From Candidatus Heimdallarchaeota archaeon (GTDB lineage: Archaea > Asgardarchaeota > Heimdallarchaeia > Heimdallarchaeales > Heimdallarchaeaceae), in NCBI GenBank assembly GCA_016840095.1, contig JAEOSZ010000054.1:1-26925 (forward strand): DNA of 26,925 nt. The letters run 5' to 3'. How positions within the stretch are numbered: the stretch's first letter is position 1; every line of letters begins with the position of its first letter. This document shows positions 1 through 8,942 of the stretch, one piece after another. Under the pieces are notes generated by a model. It ran no database searches, was not told the DNA's origin, and saw nothing but the letters and a program-made list of their open reading frames with translations. The translations under genes and the position numbers were made by a program.

Positions 1-1663
1 ATACTGAAAGAGAAAATGAACCTGCGCCTATGACTGTTGCTCTAATCTTGTTTTTTGGTTCTACAATTTGTAACTTATGTTTTTTCATTAAAATCTGAAT
101 TTCTTCAGCCAGATATACACCTATGTCCTCATATTCATCTTTTGTTCCATAAATGAATTCAGCTACTCCTCCAGAGAAAGAATAACCATCGATAGGAATT
201 GAAAAATCCAAATTCTCCGTCATCATCAGGTATTTTGCAATTTTACTTCTCGCTAGCCCCCTCATTACTTCAATCAAGGCTTTGGCATATTCCTTGGCAA
301 TCAGCTTGACATCCTCTTTTAAAACAATATCTCCTATTTCATAGTCTAGACCTAGTTCCTTGAAGAGAAACTCTGTTGGTTCATCTATTCTCCAGATCTT
401 GAAATCTTTATCAATTCCCAACAATCTCCCCCCTACATTTATACACGATGTACTTGTAACTTGCCCTTTAGATGCGATGGCTAGATTGCTTGTTCCCCCA
501 CCGATATCTATGTTCATTACAGTATTCTCTTCTTCTAGAGTTTGATCAACAATTCCACTTCCCATAGCACCAAGAAGAGATTCGAAATTTGGTCCTGCAG
601 CAGCGCTGACAAATTTGCCAGATGATGAGGATAATCTTCTAACGATTTCCTCAGCATTTTGTTTCTTAGCTGTTTCTCCTGTAACTATTACTGCACCTGT
701 GTCAACCATTTTGGTAGTGATCCCAGCTTCTTTGTATTCTTCTTCAAAGAATTTCACAACTGCATCTATATCAATAGTATATCTGTCTAGAAGAGGAGTA
801 TCAATTATATTACCTTCGTAGATTAATTTACGGTTGATAAGATGAAATCGGTTAGACATATTCATGAAACTCTGTTCTCTTCTAAGAGTTAAACCTGAAA
901 AAACAAGATGTGAAGTGGAAGAACCTACATCAATACCTACACTTAGAACATTCAAATATTCTCCAATATCATCCTCAGCTTGAGCAAGAATTTCAGGAAA
1001 GATTTCAGCTAATTTATTCTGGTTTTGTTGTATCTTTTCTATCTCCTCATTTGAATATCCCATTAACTCCCTTGCGGATTTAACTTTGAAAGATGCCTTA
1101 TCGTCTTTCAGTTCAAAAGAATTCTCCGTGATGTTTACTATTCTTATCTCTAACTCTTTGTCATGATGCTTTGGTAATTCTATTATTTCTTCTGAGTTTA
1201 ACAGCTGTTTCTTTAGATCTTCTGGGACATCTAGGAATTCTTCACAGACTGTGCAGAAGAATTTAATTGTAGTTGTTTTGTCGCTTCCTGGCATAACAGG
1301 ACCATTTTCAGAAGGACGACGGACTTTATTATCTAGCTTTCGCTGGATGCCGTCCAATGTGATGCCAAACATCTCTGCCATTCTGTCGCACATGTTTTCA
1401 AAGATTTGACCTGGTTCCATAATTGATTCTAATGCTGGCCTAAATTCTGAAATGAGTCTATAAAACTGTAGGAGCTCTGTTGTATCTTCCTTTTTGTGCT
1501 GTTTTATCAATTCGTTGAATCTTTCTTCAAATCTTATTTTCAACTCTTCTGCACTCTCTTTATTATATTTATCTAAGAATGCTTGAACAGTTCCCACAAT
1601 CCACCATTTATGATTGCTAATATCAACTTTGATGTTTGATTCATCAACTTCTTTTTCTGGCAT
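1..1663 (-). CDS. eutA: EutA-family ASKHA ATPase (ethanolamine ammonia-lyase reactivating-factor-like) with ~234-aa N-terminal extension; 3' end lies outside the window
   Basis: Not in the ORF track. Manual translation from ATG 1663 is open to base 1: MPEKEVDESNIK... then VLSVGIDVGSSTSHLVFS, VDTGAVIVTGETAKKQNA, AGPNFESLLGAMGSG, VMNIDIGGGTSN, CINVGGRL, FSGGVAE, KIRATVIGAGSFSLSV. These are EutA motifs in the expected order. Confidence 0.88.
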   Translation of the reverse strand, partial: MPEKEVDESNIKVDISNHKWWIVGTVQAFLDKYNKESAEELKIRFEERFNELIKQHKKEDTTELLQFYRLISEFRPALESIMEPGQIFENMCDRMAEMFGITLDGIQRKLDNKVRRPSENGPVMPGSDKTTTIKFFCTVCEEFLDVPEDLKKQLLNSEEIIELPKHHDKELEIRIVNITENSFELKDDKASFKVKSARELMGYSNEEIEKIQQNQNKLAEIFPEILAQAEDDIGEYLNVLSVGIDVGSSTSHLVFSGLTLRREQSFMNMSNRFHLINRKLIYEGNIIDTPLLDRYTIDIDAVVKFFEEEYKEAGITTKMVDTGAVIVTGETAKKQNAEEIVRRLSSSSGKFVSAAAGPNFESLLGAMGSGIVDQTLEEENTVMNIDIGGGTSNLAIASKGQVTSTSCINVGGRLLGIDKDFKIWRIDEPTEFLFKELGLDYEIGDIVLKEDVKLIAKEYAKALIEVMRGLARSKIAKYLMMTENLDFSIPIDGYSFSGGVAEFIYGTKDEYEDIGVYLAEEIQILMKKHKLQIVEPKNKIRATVIGAGSFSLSV

Positions 1664-1727
1664 ACATCAAAAAAGAAGACATTGAATATAAATACGTTTT
1701 TATATTAAAAGAGTACAATAATGTATT

Positions 1728-2162
1728 ATGAGTGAATCTAAGAATCGAAGAACAATGATTGAAAGAGCTAAAGCAATCTTCGATTTCATGGACTATCTAG
1801 ATGAACCTTTTGCCAAATCACAACTACAGGAAATAGGCCTAAACCCAGCAACAGCTGATAAATGGTTAAACTTGATTATATATATTCAGAAGCAGCCTAG
1901 AATTCGGTTAATAAAAACAAAACGAACTACAATAATAGAAAGACATGAGCAAAAGTATCACGCGATGAGCAGGGAGATTTTCATGGATTCAACTAAAAGT
2001 TACGAAGAACGATTTAATGCTTTACGAGATTATTTCAATGCACTTGTAACTTCAGAAAGATTAAGAGATCAAGTTGAAATTCCTACTTCTACAACATATT
2101 ATTCTGATATTGAAGAAAAGAGAGAAGAGAAACTAAGAAAAGTAAAAGAAATGGAAAAATAG
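1728..2162 (+). CDS. hypothetical protein, probable winged-helix DNA-binding fold
   Basis: 144-aa ATG ORF divergent from eutA. KSQLQEIGLNPATADKWLNLI looks like a helix-turn-helix, followed by a basic wing-like hairpin RIRLIKTKRTTIIE. Confidence 0.6.
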   Translation: MSESKNRRTMIERAKAIFDFMDYLDEPFAKSQLQEIGLNPATADKWLNLIIYIQKQPRIRLIKTKRTTIIERHEQKYHAMSREIFMDSTKSYEERFNALRDYFNALVTSERLRDQVEIPTSTTYYSDIEEKREEKLRKVKEMEK

Positions 2163-2164
2163 AA

Positions 2165-3034
2165 TTATTTGAATTCAGATATCAAAGCAAGAACATCAGG
2201 GCCAGTATGAGCAGATATTGTAACACCTGTACATCTTGTAATTATTTTGGCTTTTTTGAAATGTTCCTTGAGCTGTTTCTCCATTCTTTCTGCATATTCC
2301 AAATTGTTACCATGTATAATAACAACTTGTTTTGGAAATCTGGTAAAACCTTCAGAAGTTAATTCAAGGACTTTATGAATTCCTTCATCTGTATCTGTTG
2401 CAGAACTAGCTACTTCGTTTTTACCTTCTTCATTTACAACAGTAATTGGTCTCTTCCTCAATAGAGTTCCAAGAATATACTTTGTAACTGATATTCTTCC
2501 TCCTTTACGCAAGTATTTCAAAGATGGAAATAGAATATATATCTTAAATTTCTTAACATGTTGTCTTAACTTTTTTGCAATTTTTTCTCCATCTAGACCC
2601 TTTTTCTGTAATTTCAACCCTTCTTCAATTAACAATACTTCAGCATAGGATGCATGTAAAGAATCAACAAGATGAACTTTGACTTCCTTATTCTTTCTTT
2701 TTAGCATGTTATACCCTAAACGAGCACTATTAATTGTACCACTTAATCCTGAACTTAATGTTACTACTATTATCTCATCAATTCCTTCCTTTACAAGTTC
2801 TTCATAAGCAAGATAGAATTCATGGGGTGTTGGTTGAGCAGTTTTAGCGAGAAAATCATTTACTGTATTATATTTTTCATAGTAAGAATTAAGATCAAAA
2901 CTTTTGTCTTCCTTATGAACAATCGAATCTTCATTGCTAAAAGTTATACTCAAAGGTACAACCTTTACACCTATTTTTTCAGCATAATCTGGATCTATAT
3001 CAGACCCACTATCTGTAACAAAACCTATTGTCAT
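2165..3034 (-). CDS. degV: DegV/FakB family fatty-acid-binding protein
   Basis: Motifs FVTDSGSDI, VVPLSI, KTAQPTP, LSSGLSGT, VDS, YLRKGGRIS and SAHTGP; 289 aa is typical for DegV. Confidence 0.93.
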   Translation of the reverse strand: MTIGFVTDSGSDIDPDYAEKIGVKVVPLSITFSNEDSIVHKEDKSFDLNSYYEKYNTVNDFLAKTAQPTPHEFYLAYEELVKEGIDEIIVVTLSSGLSGTINSARLGYNMLKRKNKEVKVHLVDSLHASYAEVLLIEEGLKLQKKGLDGEKIAKKLRQHVKKFKIYILFPSLKYLRKGGRISVTKYILGTLLRKRPITVVNEEGKNEVASSATDTDEGIHKVLELTSEGFTRFPKQVVIIHGNNLEYAERMEKQLKEHFKKAKIITRCTGVTISAHTGPDVLALISEFK

Positions 3035-3056
3035 CGAAATTAAGTATACTTATGGA

Positions 3057-3064
3057 TTTATAAA
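3057..3064 (-). promoter_or_regulatory. archaeal TATA box for degV (probably leaderless transcript)
   Basis: TTTATAAA lies 22 nt upstream of ATG 3034, with no Shine-Dalgarno sequence in between. Confidence 0.55.
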
Positions 3065-3096
3065 AAATTCTTTGAAACATGAAGGAATAAACGATT

Positions 3097-5124
3097 TCAA
3101 TCTATAGTTGATCTCCAAATAATGAACGCTGCTCTTTCTGCAGTTTCAATTACAGTTTGTTCTCTAGAAACAACTCCGTGGCCTGCTTTGGTTATTGTTC
3201 TTAATAATACAGGATTATTCTTCTCTATTTTTTGTAATTTTGCAGTCATCTTAAAAGCATGCATCGGATGAACTCGTTTATCATTGATATTTGTTGTTAA
3301 TAGAATCGACGGATACTTGTTATTTTGATCTGCTTTATGATAAGGTGAATATTCATAGAGGAATCTGAAATCCTCTTCCTTATCCGGATCTCCATATTCT
3401 ACCATCCAAGGTTGAGCGTTGTAGAATTTATGAAATCTTACCATGTCCAACACTGGTACAGCTATTAAGACATTTCCAAACAAATCGGGATGTTGAGTCA
3501 CTGCTGCACCGGTGAGTAAACCTCCATTACTGCCACCTTCAATAGTTAGTAAATTGGTTTGTGTGTATTTATTAGCTACTAACCATTCAGCAGCTGCAAT
3601 AAAATCATCGAAGACATTTTGCTTGTTTTCTAACATTCCAGCTTTATGCCATTTCTCTCCGAATTCACCTCCACCTCGAAGGGAGGGAAATGCTAGAATA
3701 AATCCCTTTTTGAGTAGAAAAACGTAAAGTGGGTAATAATAAGGAACATTTGAGATATTGAAACCTCCATATCCATGAAGAAATGTCAAGTTGTCAGAGT
3801 TAAGTTTGATATCCTTTTTTGAGGTAAGAAACATTGGAACTTCTGTTCCATCTTTTGATTTATACCATTCTACTATTGTTTGGTACTCACCAAACTCTAT
3901 TCCTAATTTGGGTTGGAAAATAGCTTCTGTATTCATTGTTTTTATGTTTGTTTTATAAACAGTATATGGATGTAGGAAAGAGGTGAAAATGTATTGAAAT
4001 TCATTAGAATTCCAGGAACCTTGAAAGAGGAAAACGGCACCAATAAAAGGCAATTTGATTGCTTCCTTTTCTGATCCATCTAAATTATAAACATACAATT
4101 TATGGTAAGATTCCTCAAGATACACAGCAAGAATTTTACCACCATAAAATTCAATAAATTTCAATGAATGGTCATTTTCAGGAACCAAAGTAACCCAATT
4201 ATCTACTTCTGGTTTGTTAAGATCTATTTTGATAATACGACCATTTGGCGCTAGATAGTTAGTTAAAGTTATGAAATTATCATCTACAAGATTTCCTTGA
4301 AAAGTGCCTTCTATATCTTGACAGATTGGTTCTAGTTTATCTAGATCAGCTCTATATATCCAAACATCTGTTTGTGACCAACCTCTATGAGAGTATATTA
4401 TGCAGTTTTTATTATCTAGAGTAGATTGAATCTCTGTAAAGATTTTTGGATTTTTATTTCTATAAATCAGTTTATCTTCAGAAACACTAGTTCCTAATTT
4501 GTGATGGAATATATTACGTTCAGTGTATGCTTGTATTTCTGAAACTTCATCTTTATCTGGATAACGTGTGTAGAAAAATCCCTCTTCATCACGCCATACA
4601 GCACTTGCTAACCGAGTGTTTGGGATGGGTTCATCTATATATTCTCCTGTTTTAGTATCTAGAATGTGTAGTGAGGATGCCCATTCATCACCCCCTAGAA
4701 CCTTGTCATGAACCAAATAATTGCCTTTAAGTGAAGGAAAGAAAACATATAGAGCGTCTGTATGATCATCACTCCATTCATGAGGATCAATAAGGACGGT
4801 TTCTTTCTTCGTATCTAAATCCTTCATCATTATGATGAATAGTTCCTCGTCTTTTCCAACTTTGTAATAAAATTCTTTTGTCCCTCTAATCTTCCTAGGA
4901 CCTTGTCTAGAATAGTAAACGAAGTCTTGTAGTTCTTTTGAAAATTCATCAACAAGTTTCTTTGGAATTTGGGTATCTGTGAAGGTATTTTGAGCTTTGA
5001 CCCATTCTTTTACATTATCATCTTCAAGTTTTTCTAGCCATTTATAATTGTCTGCAACCTCTACTCCATGAATGATTTCAGTAACTTCTTCTTCAGGAGA
5101 TGAGGGATATTCAAAAACTTTCAT
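3097..5124 (-). CDS. prolyl oligopeptidase (peptidase S9A)
   Basis: Motifs HGVEVADNYKWLE, SKDGTEVPMF, GYGGFN, RGGGEFGEKWH, nucleophile GGSNGG, DKRVHP (Asp) and AGHG (His). ATG 5124 (MKVFEYP) is preferred over the track's TTG 5163. Confidence 0.95.
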   Translation of the reverse strand: MKVFEYPSSPEEEVTEIIHGVEVADNYKWLEKLEDDNVKEWVKAQNTFTDTQIPKKLVDEFSKELQDFVYYSRQGPRKIRGTKEFYYKVGKDEELFIIMMKDLDTKKETVLIDPHEWSDDHTDALYVFFPSLKGNYLVHDKVLGGDEWASSLHILDTKTGEYIDEPIPNTRLASAVWRDEEGFFYTRYPDKDEVSEIQAYTERNIFHHKLGTSVSEDKLIYRNKNPKIFTEIQSTLDNKNCIIYSHRGWSQTDVWIYRADLDKLEPICQDIEGTFQGNLVDDNFITLTNYLAPNGRIIKIDLNKPEVDNWVTLVPENDHSLKFIEFYGGKILAVYLEESYHKLYVYNLDGSEKEAIKLPFIGAVFLFQGSWNSNEFQYIFTSFLHPYTVYKTNIKTMNTEAIFQPKLGIEFGEYQTIVEWYKSKDGTEVPMFLTSKKDIKLNSDNLTFLHGYGGFNISNVPYYYPLYVFLLKKGFILAFPSLRGGGEFGEKWHKAGMLENKQNVFDDFIAAAEWLVANKYTQTNLLTIEGGSNGGLLTGAAVTQHPDLFGNVLIAVPVLDMVRFHKFYNAQPWMVEYGDPDKEEDFRFLYEYSPYHKADQNNKYPSILLTTNINDKRVHPMHAFKMTAKLQKIEKNNPVLLRTITKAGHGVVSREQTVIETAERAAFIIWRSTID

Positions 5125-5181
5125 AGATTTTCTTGGAACTAATGATTTATTATTCTTTCTCAAAATAAGAGTTAAAACAAT

Positions 5182-5258
5182 TGGTGGCCGGACCGTGATT
5201 TGAACACGGGATCACCTGGTCCCAAACCAGGGGCCATACCAAGCTAGACCATCCGGCC
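5182..5258 (-). tRNA. tRNA-Pro (anticodon TGG), CCA encoded
   Basis: Reverse complement folds as GGCCGGA/TCCGGCC acceptor stem, CCTGG-TT TGG GA-CCAGG anticodon arm, CCGTG-TTCAAAT-CACGG T arm, then ACCA. Confidence 0.95.
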
Positions 5259-5320
5259 GTAATTCCACACTATCTGCGATAAACTCATCTAATTAAGCTT
5301 TTCGTTCTTGTTACAACTTG

Positions 5321-6850
5321 TTAATCAAACATTTCCCTATTTTCAAGCATTAGCAAAACATCTTCCATTAACCAGTTATTAACTTGCAACCAAAGTCTGT
5401 TTATTGTAAAATCTGCAATAACTTGGTCGGGATTTGATGGTTTACTCATAACACTAGGTGGAAAGAATGTTCTATCTCTATCTTCTGCACCAAAAAGATG
5501 GCTTACTTCATGTTGAATAAGATTTTCTGCCCAATCTCCAACGATTGTTAACCAGCTATATTCTCCTAATTCCTCTGATTGACCAAAATTAAAACAAGCA
5601 TTTCTTTCGTAATAAGCGAACCCATAATGATCAGATGTTTGATTTGAGTATGAAACTAATATATCAAATCCATGATTTTGATTTGATCTTCCCATTACGA
5701 CATCCCAGTCACCATCTAGACCTAACATTTCCCCTGCTGAAGTCAGAGCATCATCATCTACAACCACCCAGCTTAAGTTTTCAGGTTGCCATTCAAGTTC
5801 TAGAATGGGTATCAGCTTGATTCCTAATTCTTTTTCAAAGTAGTAGGATGCATTAATCACTGTTTCGAAAGTACTCGGTCTACCTATTTCATCACCAATT
5901 GTTTCCCAGTTATCATTTAGTGTTAAAACAAAAACACGATGTTCATATTGCAGGATAGACAAGTTATCTAGGTAGATGTTGGTGTTGTTATCTGCATATG
6001 CAAATGAAATCATTAATGTAACGTTAACGCTTCCTAATGCTTTTCCATAGTGTATGATTTGTTCCTGCTGGGAACCATCATCAAGTTCTAGACTCATGTT
6101 AACAATGATATCATCTAAAAAGAGATCAAATTGCATACTACAACTTGTGCTTTCTATCACTTGTTCGAAAGAAAGGTAATGGGTATTAGTTAAATCAACA
6201 GTTTGTGAAATACTCACCCAAACTGAATCGGTTGGTTGAACAGCTTGAGTGTTACTGATGAATAGAACTTCACCATCTAGAAGTCCATGAGTAACAATTC
6301 CTGTAGAGATATTATCACTCATTTGATTCATAGTCCAGTGATTTAAATCTACTTGAAAATCTCCATTTGAGAGTTTCTCTATTTCTGAAGGATTAATAAC
6401 ACTGAAATCTAAGGATAAGTCAGTGAAAATTGCTGAAGCTTTATCCTCAAAAGTAATATTCGCGAATTCAATTTTATAGTTTCCAACATTAAGAACGAAG
6501 TAATCTGTACTTGTTTTAAGCAAAGGTCCTATGTTAATAGTGAGAAAATCCTGTCCTCTTAATAATTCCTCAGTAATATTATAATGAATTGTGTCATTTA
6601 AAGAATAAATAGAAGAATTAATTCCCATTTCGACTGATTTCACATTCAGTTTTTTTGTTCCAATAACTTCTAACTCAAAGTTAAGTATTAAGGGATCACC
6701 TTTCAGTACCTCTTCAGAGTAATTTATTGAAACAAAATTTACTTCACCTGAAAAATAATTCAAAATAATAGTATTAGCAATGAAATAGCCACCCACACCT
6801 ACGCTAGTCAAAACAATCAACAATGTAGCAACAAGGGTGGTTTTCTTCAA
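5321..6850 (-). CDS. N-terminally membrane-anchored zinc metalloprotease (metzincin/reprolysin-like C-terminal domain, beta-rich stalk)
   Basis: N-terminal hydrophobic helix; NGDF...W start of a CBM-like jelly roll; HEVSHLFGAED (HExxHxxGxxD) followed by a Met-turn SVMS; many N-x-S/T sequons. Confidence 0.75.
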   Translation of the reverse strand: MKKTTLVATLLIVLTSVGVGGYFIANTIILNYFSGEVNFVSINYSEEVLKGDPLILNFELEVIGTKKLNVKSVEMGINSSIYSLNDTIHYNITEELLRGQDFLTINIGPLLKTSTDYFVLNVGNYKIEFANITFEDKASAIFTDLSLDFSVINPSEIEKLSNGDFQVDLNHWTMNQMSDNISTGIVTHGLLDGEVLFISNTQAVQPTDSVWVSISQTVDLTNTHYLSFEQVIESTSCSMQFDLFLDDIIVNMSLELDDGSQQEQIIHYGKALGSVNVTLMISFAYADNNTNIYLDNLSILQYEHRVFVLTLNDNWETIGDEIGRPSTFETVINASYYFEKELGIKLIPILELEWQPENLSWVVVDDDALTSAGEMLGLDGDWDVVMGRSNQNHGFDILVSYSNQTSDHYGFAYYERNACFNFGQSEELGEYSWLTIVGDWAENLIQHEVSHLFGAEDRDRTFFPPSVMSKPSNPDQVIADFTINRLWLQVNNWLMEDVLLMLENREMFD

Positions 6851-6917
6851 TTATTCTCACTAAAAGATTATTCCATCGAACGGTTATATATTCTTGTATA
6901 GTAAAAAAAAGAGGGGA

Positions 6918-7628
6918 CTACCCACTTTCAGATTCTATTTTTTCTCCCTTCTCACCCATCTTTCTTTCAGTTCCCGTAAGTAATCGTTTGATATTTGCTT
7001 TATGACGCCAGAAAATGAAAACAACCATTATACTAGCAACGATGAGTGCCCAAAGGCTACCGTTAAAGAACCAGTCATTTCCTGCAAAAATCCAATAGAA
7101 TAGAGGAGCTAATAATGACAGTATTAGGTTTGAAAGTGACATAATCTTGAGATATTTCAATAATACAATCCACAATACCATAAGAACAAACCAAGCAATA
7201 GGGCTAATTCCTAATACTGCACCTGAACCAACTGCTGCAGATTTTCCACCTTTGAATTTCACCCAAATAGGTAAAGCATGACCTACTACTGCCATGAAGG
7301 CTACCAAAGTTAAAAGGAATCCTTCATCTAGATACTTTGGAAATCCAGTTGCAGTTTCTGTTCCAAAACCAGAATAATCGGCAAACCAGATGTATAATCT
7401 GGCAATAAAAACTGGAATTGCACCTTTAATCATATCAAATGCCATTGTTATATATCCAAGTTTTTTGCTAAAAGATCTCATTACATTAGTTGCACCCATG
7501 TTACCCGAACCATAATTTCGAATATCCTCACCCTGAGTGATTTTAACTATTATAAACGCAAAGGGTATAGAACCAAACAAATACCCACCTAGAACTAAAA
7601 GAATCTCATAAAGAATCCTAATATCCAT
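6918..7628 (-). CDS. plsY: acyl-phosphate:glycerol-3-phosphate acyltransferase PlsY
   Basis: Motifs GYLFGSIPF, DIRNYGSGNMGATNVMR, DMIKG, GHALPIWVKFKGGK and HKANIKRLLTGTE; multiple TM helices. Confidence 0.95.
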   Translation of the reverse strand: MDIRILYEILLVLGGYLFGSIPFAFIIVKITQGEDIRNYGSGNMGATNVMRSFSKKLGYITMAFDMIKGAIPVFIARLYIWFADYSGFGTETATGFPKYLDEGFLLTLVAFMAVVGHALPIWVKFKGGKSAAVGSGAVLGISPIAWFVLMVLWIVLLKYLKIMSLSNLILSLLAPLFYWIFAGNDWFFNGSLWALIVASIMVVFIFWRHKANIKRLLTGTERKMGEKGEKIESESG

Positions 7629-7728
7629 AGGGTTGAAGATAGTAGACTTTTATTTAAAATTTGTCAGAACAAAAAATGTACATAAAAAAAAATAGGATAG
7701 CTATTAAATAAAAAAGAGAGGGAAATGG

Positions 7729-7962
7729 TTATTTTTCAACGCAAATCATAGTCATGGTGCTTCGTACATTCTCTAAAGCTCGTAGATTTTCAGTGACAAT
7801 TTTCTTTAACTCATCCATTGTGTCAGCTTCAATTTTAGCAATTAGATCATAAACACCATAAACAACATGAGCTTCTTTTACGTTGGGTAAGGACATAAGT
7901 TGGTTAAGTACGCTCTTTTCTTCCCCAATCTCTGAATTTATCAGGATGAAAGCTGTTGCCAT
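7729..7962 (-). CDS. Lrp/AsnC ligand-binding (RAM) domain-only protein
   Basis: Motifs AFILIN, VKEAHVVYGVYDLIAKI and VRSTMTMI, with no HTH. ATG 7962 is preceded by an SD sequence. Confidence 0.9.
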   Translation of the reverse strand: MATAFILINSEIGEEKSVLNQLMSLPNVKEAHVVYGVYDLIAKIEADTMDELKKIVTENLRALENVRSTMTMICVEK

Positions 7963-7968
7963 CAAGAC

Positions 7969-7975
7969 ATCACCT
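7969..7975 (-). promoter_or_regulatory. Shine-Dalgarno sequence AGGTGAT
   Basis: Matches the archaeal anti-SD complement, 6 nt upstream of ATG 7962. Confidence 0.65.
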
Positions 7976-8114
7976 ACAGACTGTATGTATTCAAGTTTAA
8001 TAAACTTTTTTCAGATATGTTCAGAAATCAATATAAGGGTAAATGGAAGTTTATTAATCTACATTATAGTCAAATCAACTATATTTTAAATGTCTCCAAC
8101 TTTGTACTCTTAGA

Positions 8115-8909
8115 ATGTCAGAAATAGTTGTTCCAGATAGACTTAGAGAATTAGCAAAACCTTACTTCTTTAAAGCTAAAAATGAGAATAAAACAAATAC
8201 ATTGGTTATTCTAGTCCATGGTTTTGGTGCTTCTGCAACAGAAACTAGACCCTTAGGGGAGTATTTGTGTAAAAGAGGATACGATATTTATGGCATTTTA
8301 CTTACAGGACATGGAACAGATTCCAAAGATTTAGATTCTGTGAAGTGGAATGATTGGTATGAAAGCATCGAAGAAGTATACAAAGAATGTGCAGAGAAAT
8401 ATGATAATGTGTTTATTGGAGGACTCTCCTTAGGTGGAGCATTAACTCTTTACACTGCAACGAAATTAAGATTTAATGGTCTTTTTACAATCAATTCGTT
8501 ATATAGATTTTCAAGAAAACTTGCACCAATTATATGGTTCTTACATAATTTCAAGATTCATAGACCAAGAAACGTTGATCGAATTAGATGGTATGTCGAA
8601 CACGATTTATTTGCTTATCCTGATGATTCAACCTATGCAGCATATCAAATATTGAAGTTTTTACACGTTTTACATAGAAGAATGAATCAAATAGATATAC
8701 CCTCATTAATCATACAATCAAAGGAAGATCAAACTGTATCTCCTAAAAGCGCTGAATGGATTTACGAAGATTTAAAAACAGTAAAAGAATTAGTTCAACT
8801 TCCTAAAGGGGATCATATTCTAACAGTTGATGAACACAGAGAAGAAGCTTTTGTTAAAATAACTCAATTCTTAGAAAAGCAAATTAAAGCAAACAACGAA
8901 AAATATTAA
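8115..8909 (+). CDS. alpha/beta-hydrolase carboxylesterase / monoacylglycerol-lipase-like protein
   Basis: LVHGFGAS oxyanion motif, LTGHGT, GLSLGG (GxSxG), DQTV (Asp) and GDHI (His). Confidence 0.88.
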   Translation: MSEIVVPDRLRELAKPYFFKAKNENKTNTLVILVHGFGASATETRPLGEYLCKRGYDIYGILLTGHGTDSKDLDSVKWNDWYESIEEVYKECAEKYDNVFIGGLSLGGALTLYTATKLRFNGLFTINSLYRFSRKLAPIIWFLHNFKIHRPRNVDRIRWYVEHDLFAYPDDSTYAAYQILKFLHVLHRRMNQIDIPSLIIQSKEDQTVSPKSAEWIYEDLKTVKELVQLPKGDHILTVDEHREEAFVKITQFLEKQIKANNEKY

Positions 8910-8942
8910 AAAGAATAGTGCAAAGAAGCGATATAACTATAT

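Noticed and set aside
360-821. Plus-strand ORFs 360..545 and 615..821
   Set aside because: They are antisense shadows of the EutA-family gene on the minus strand.
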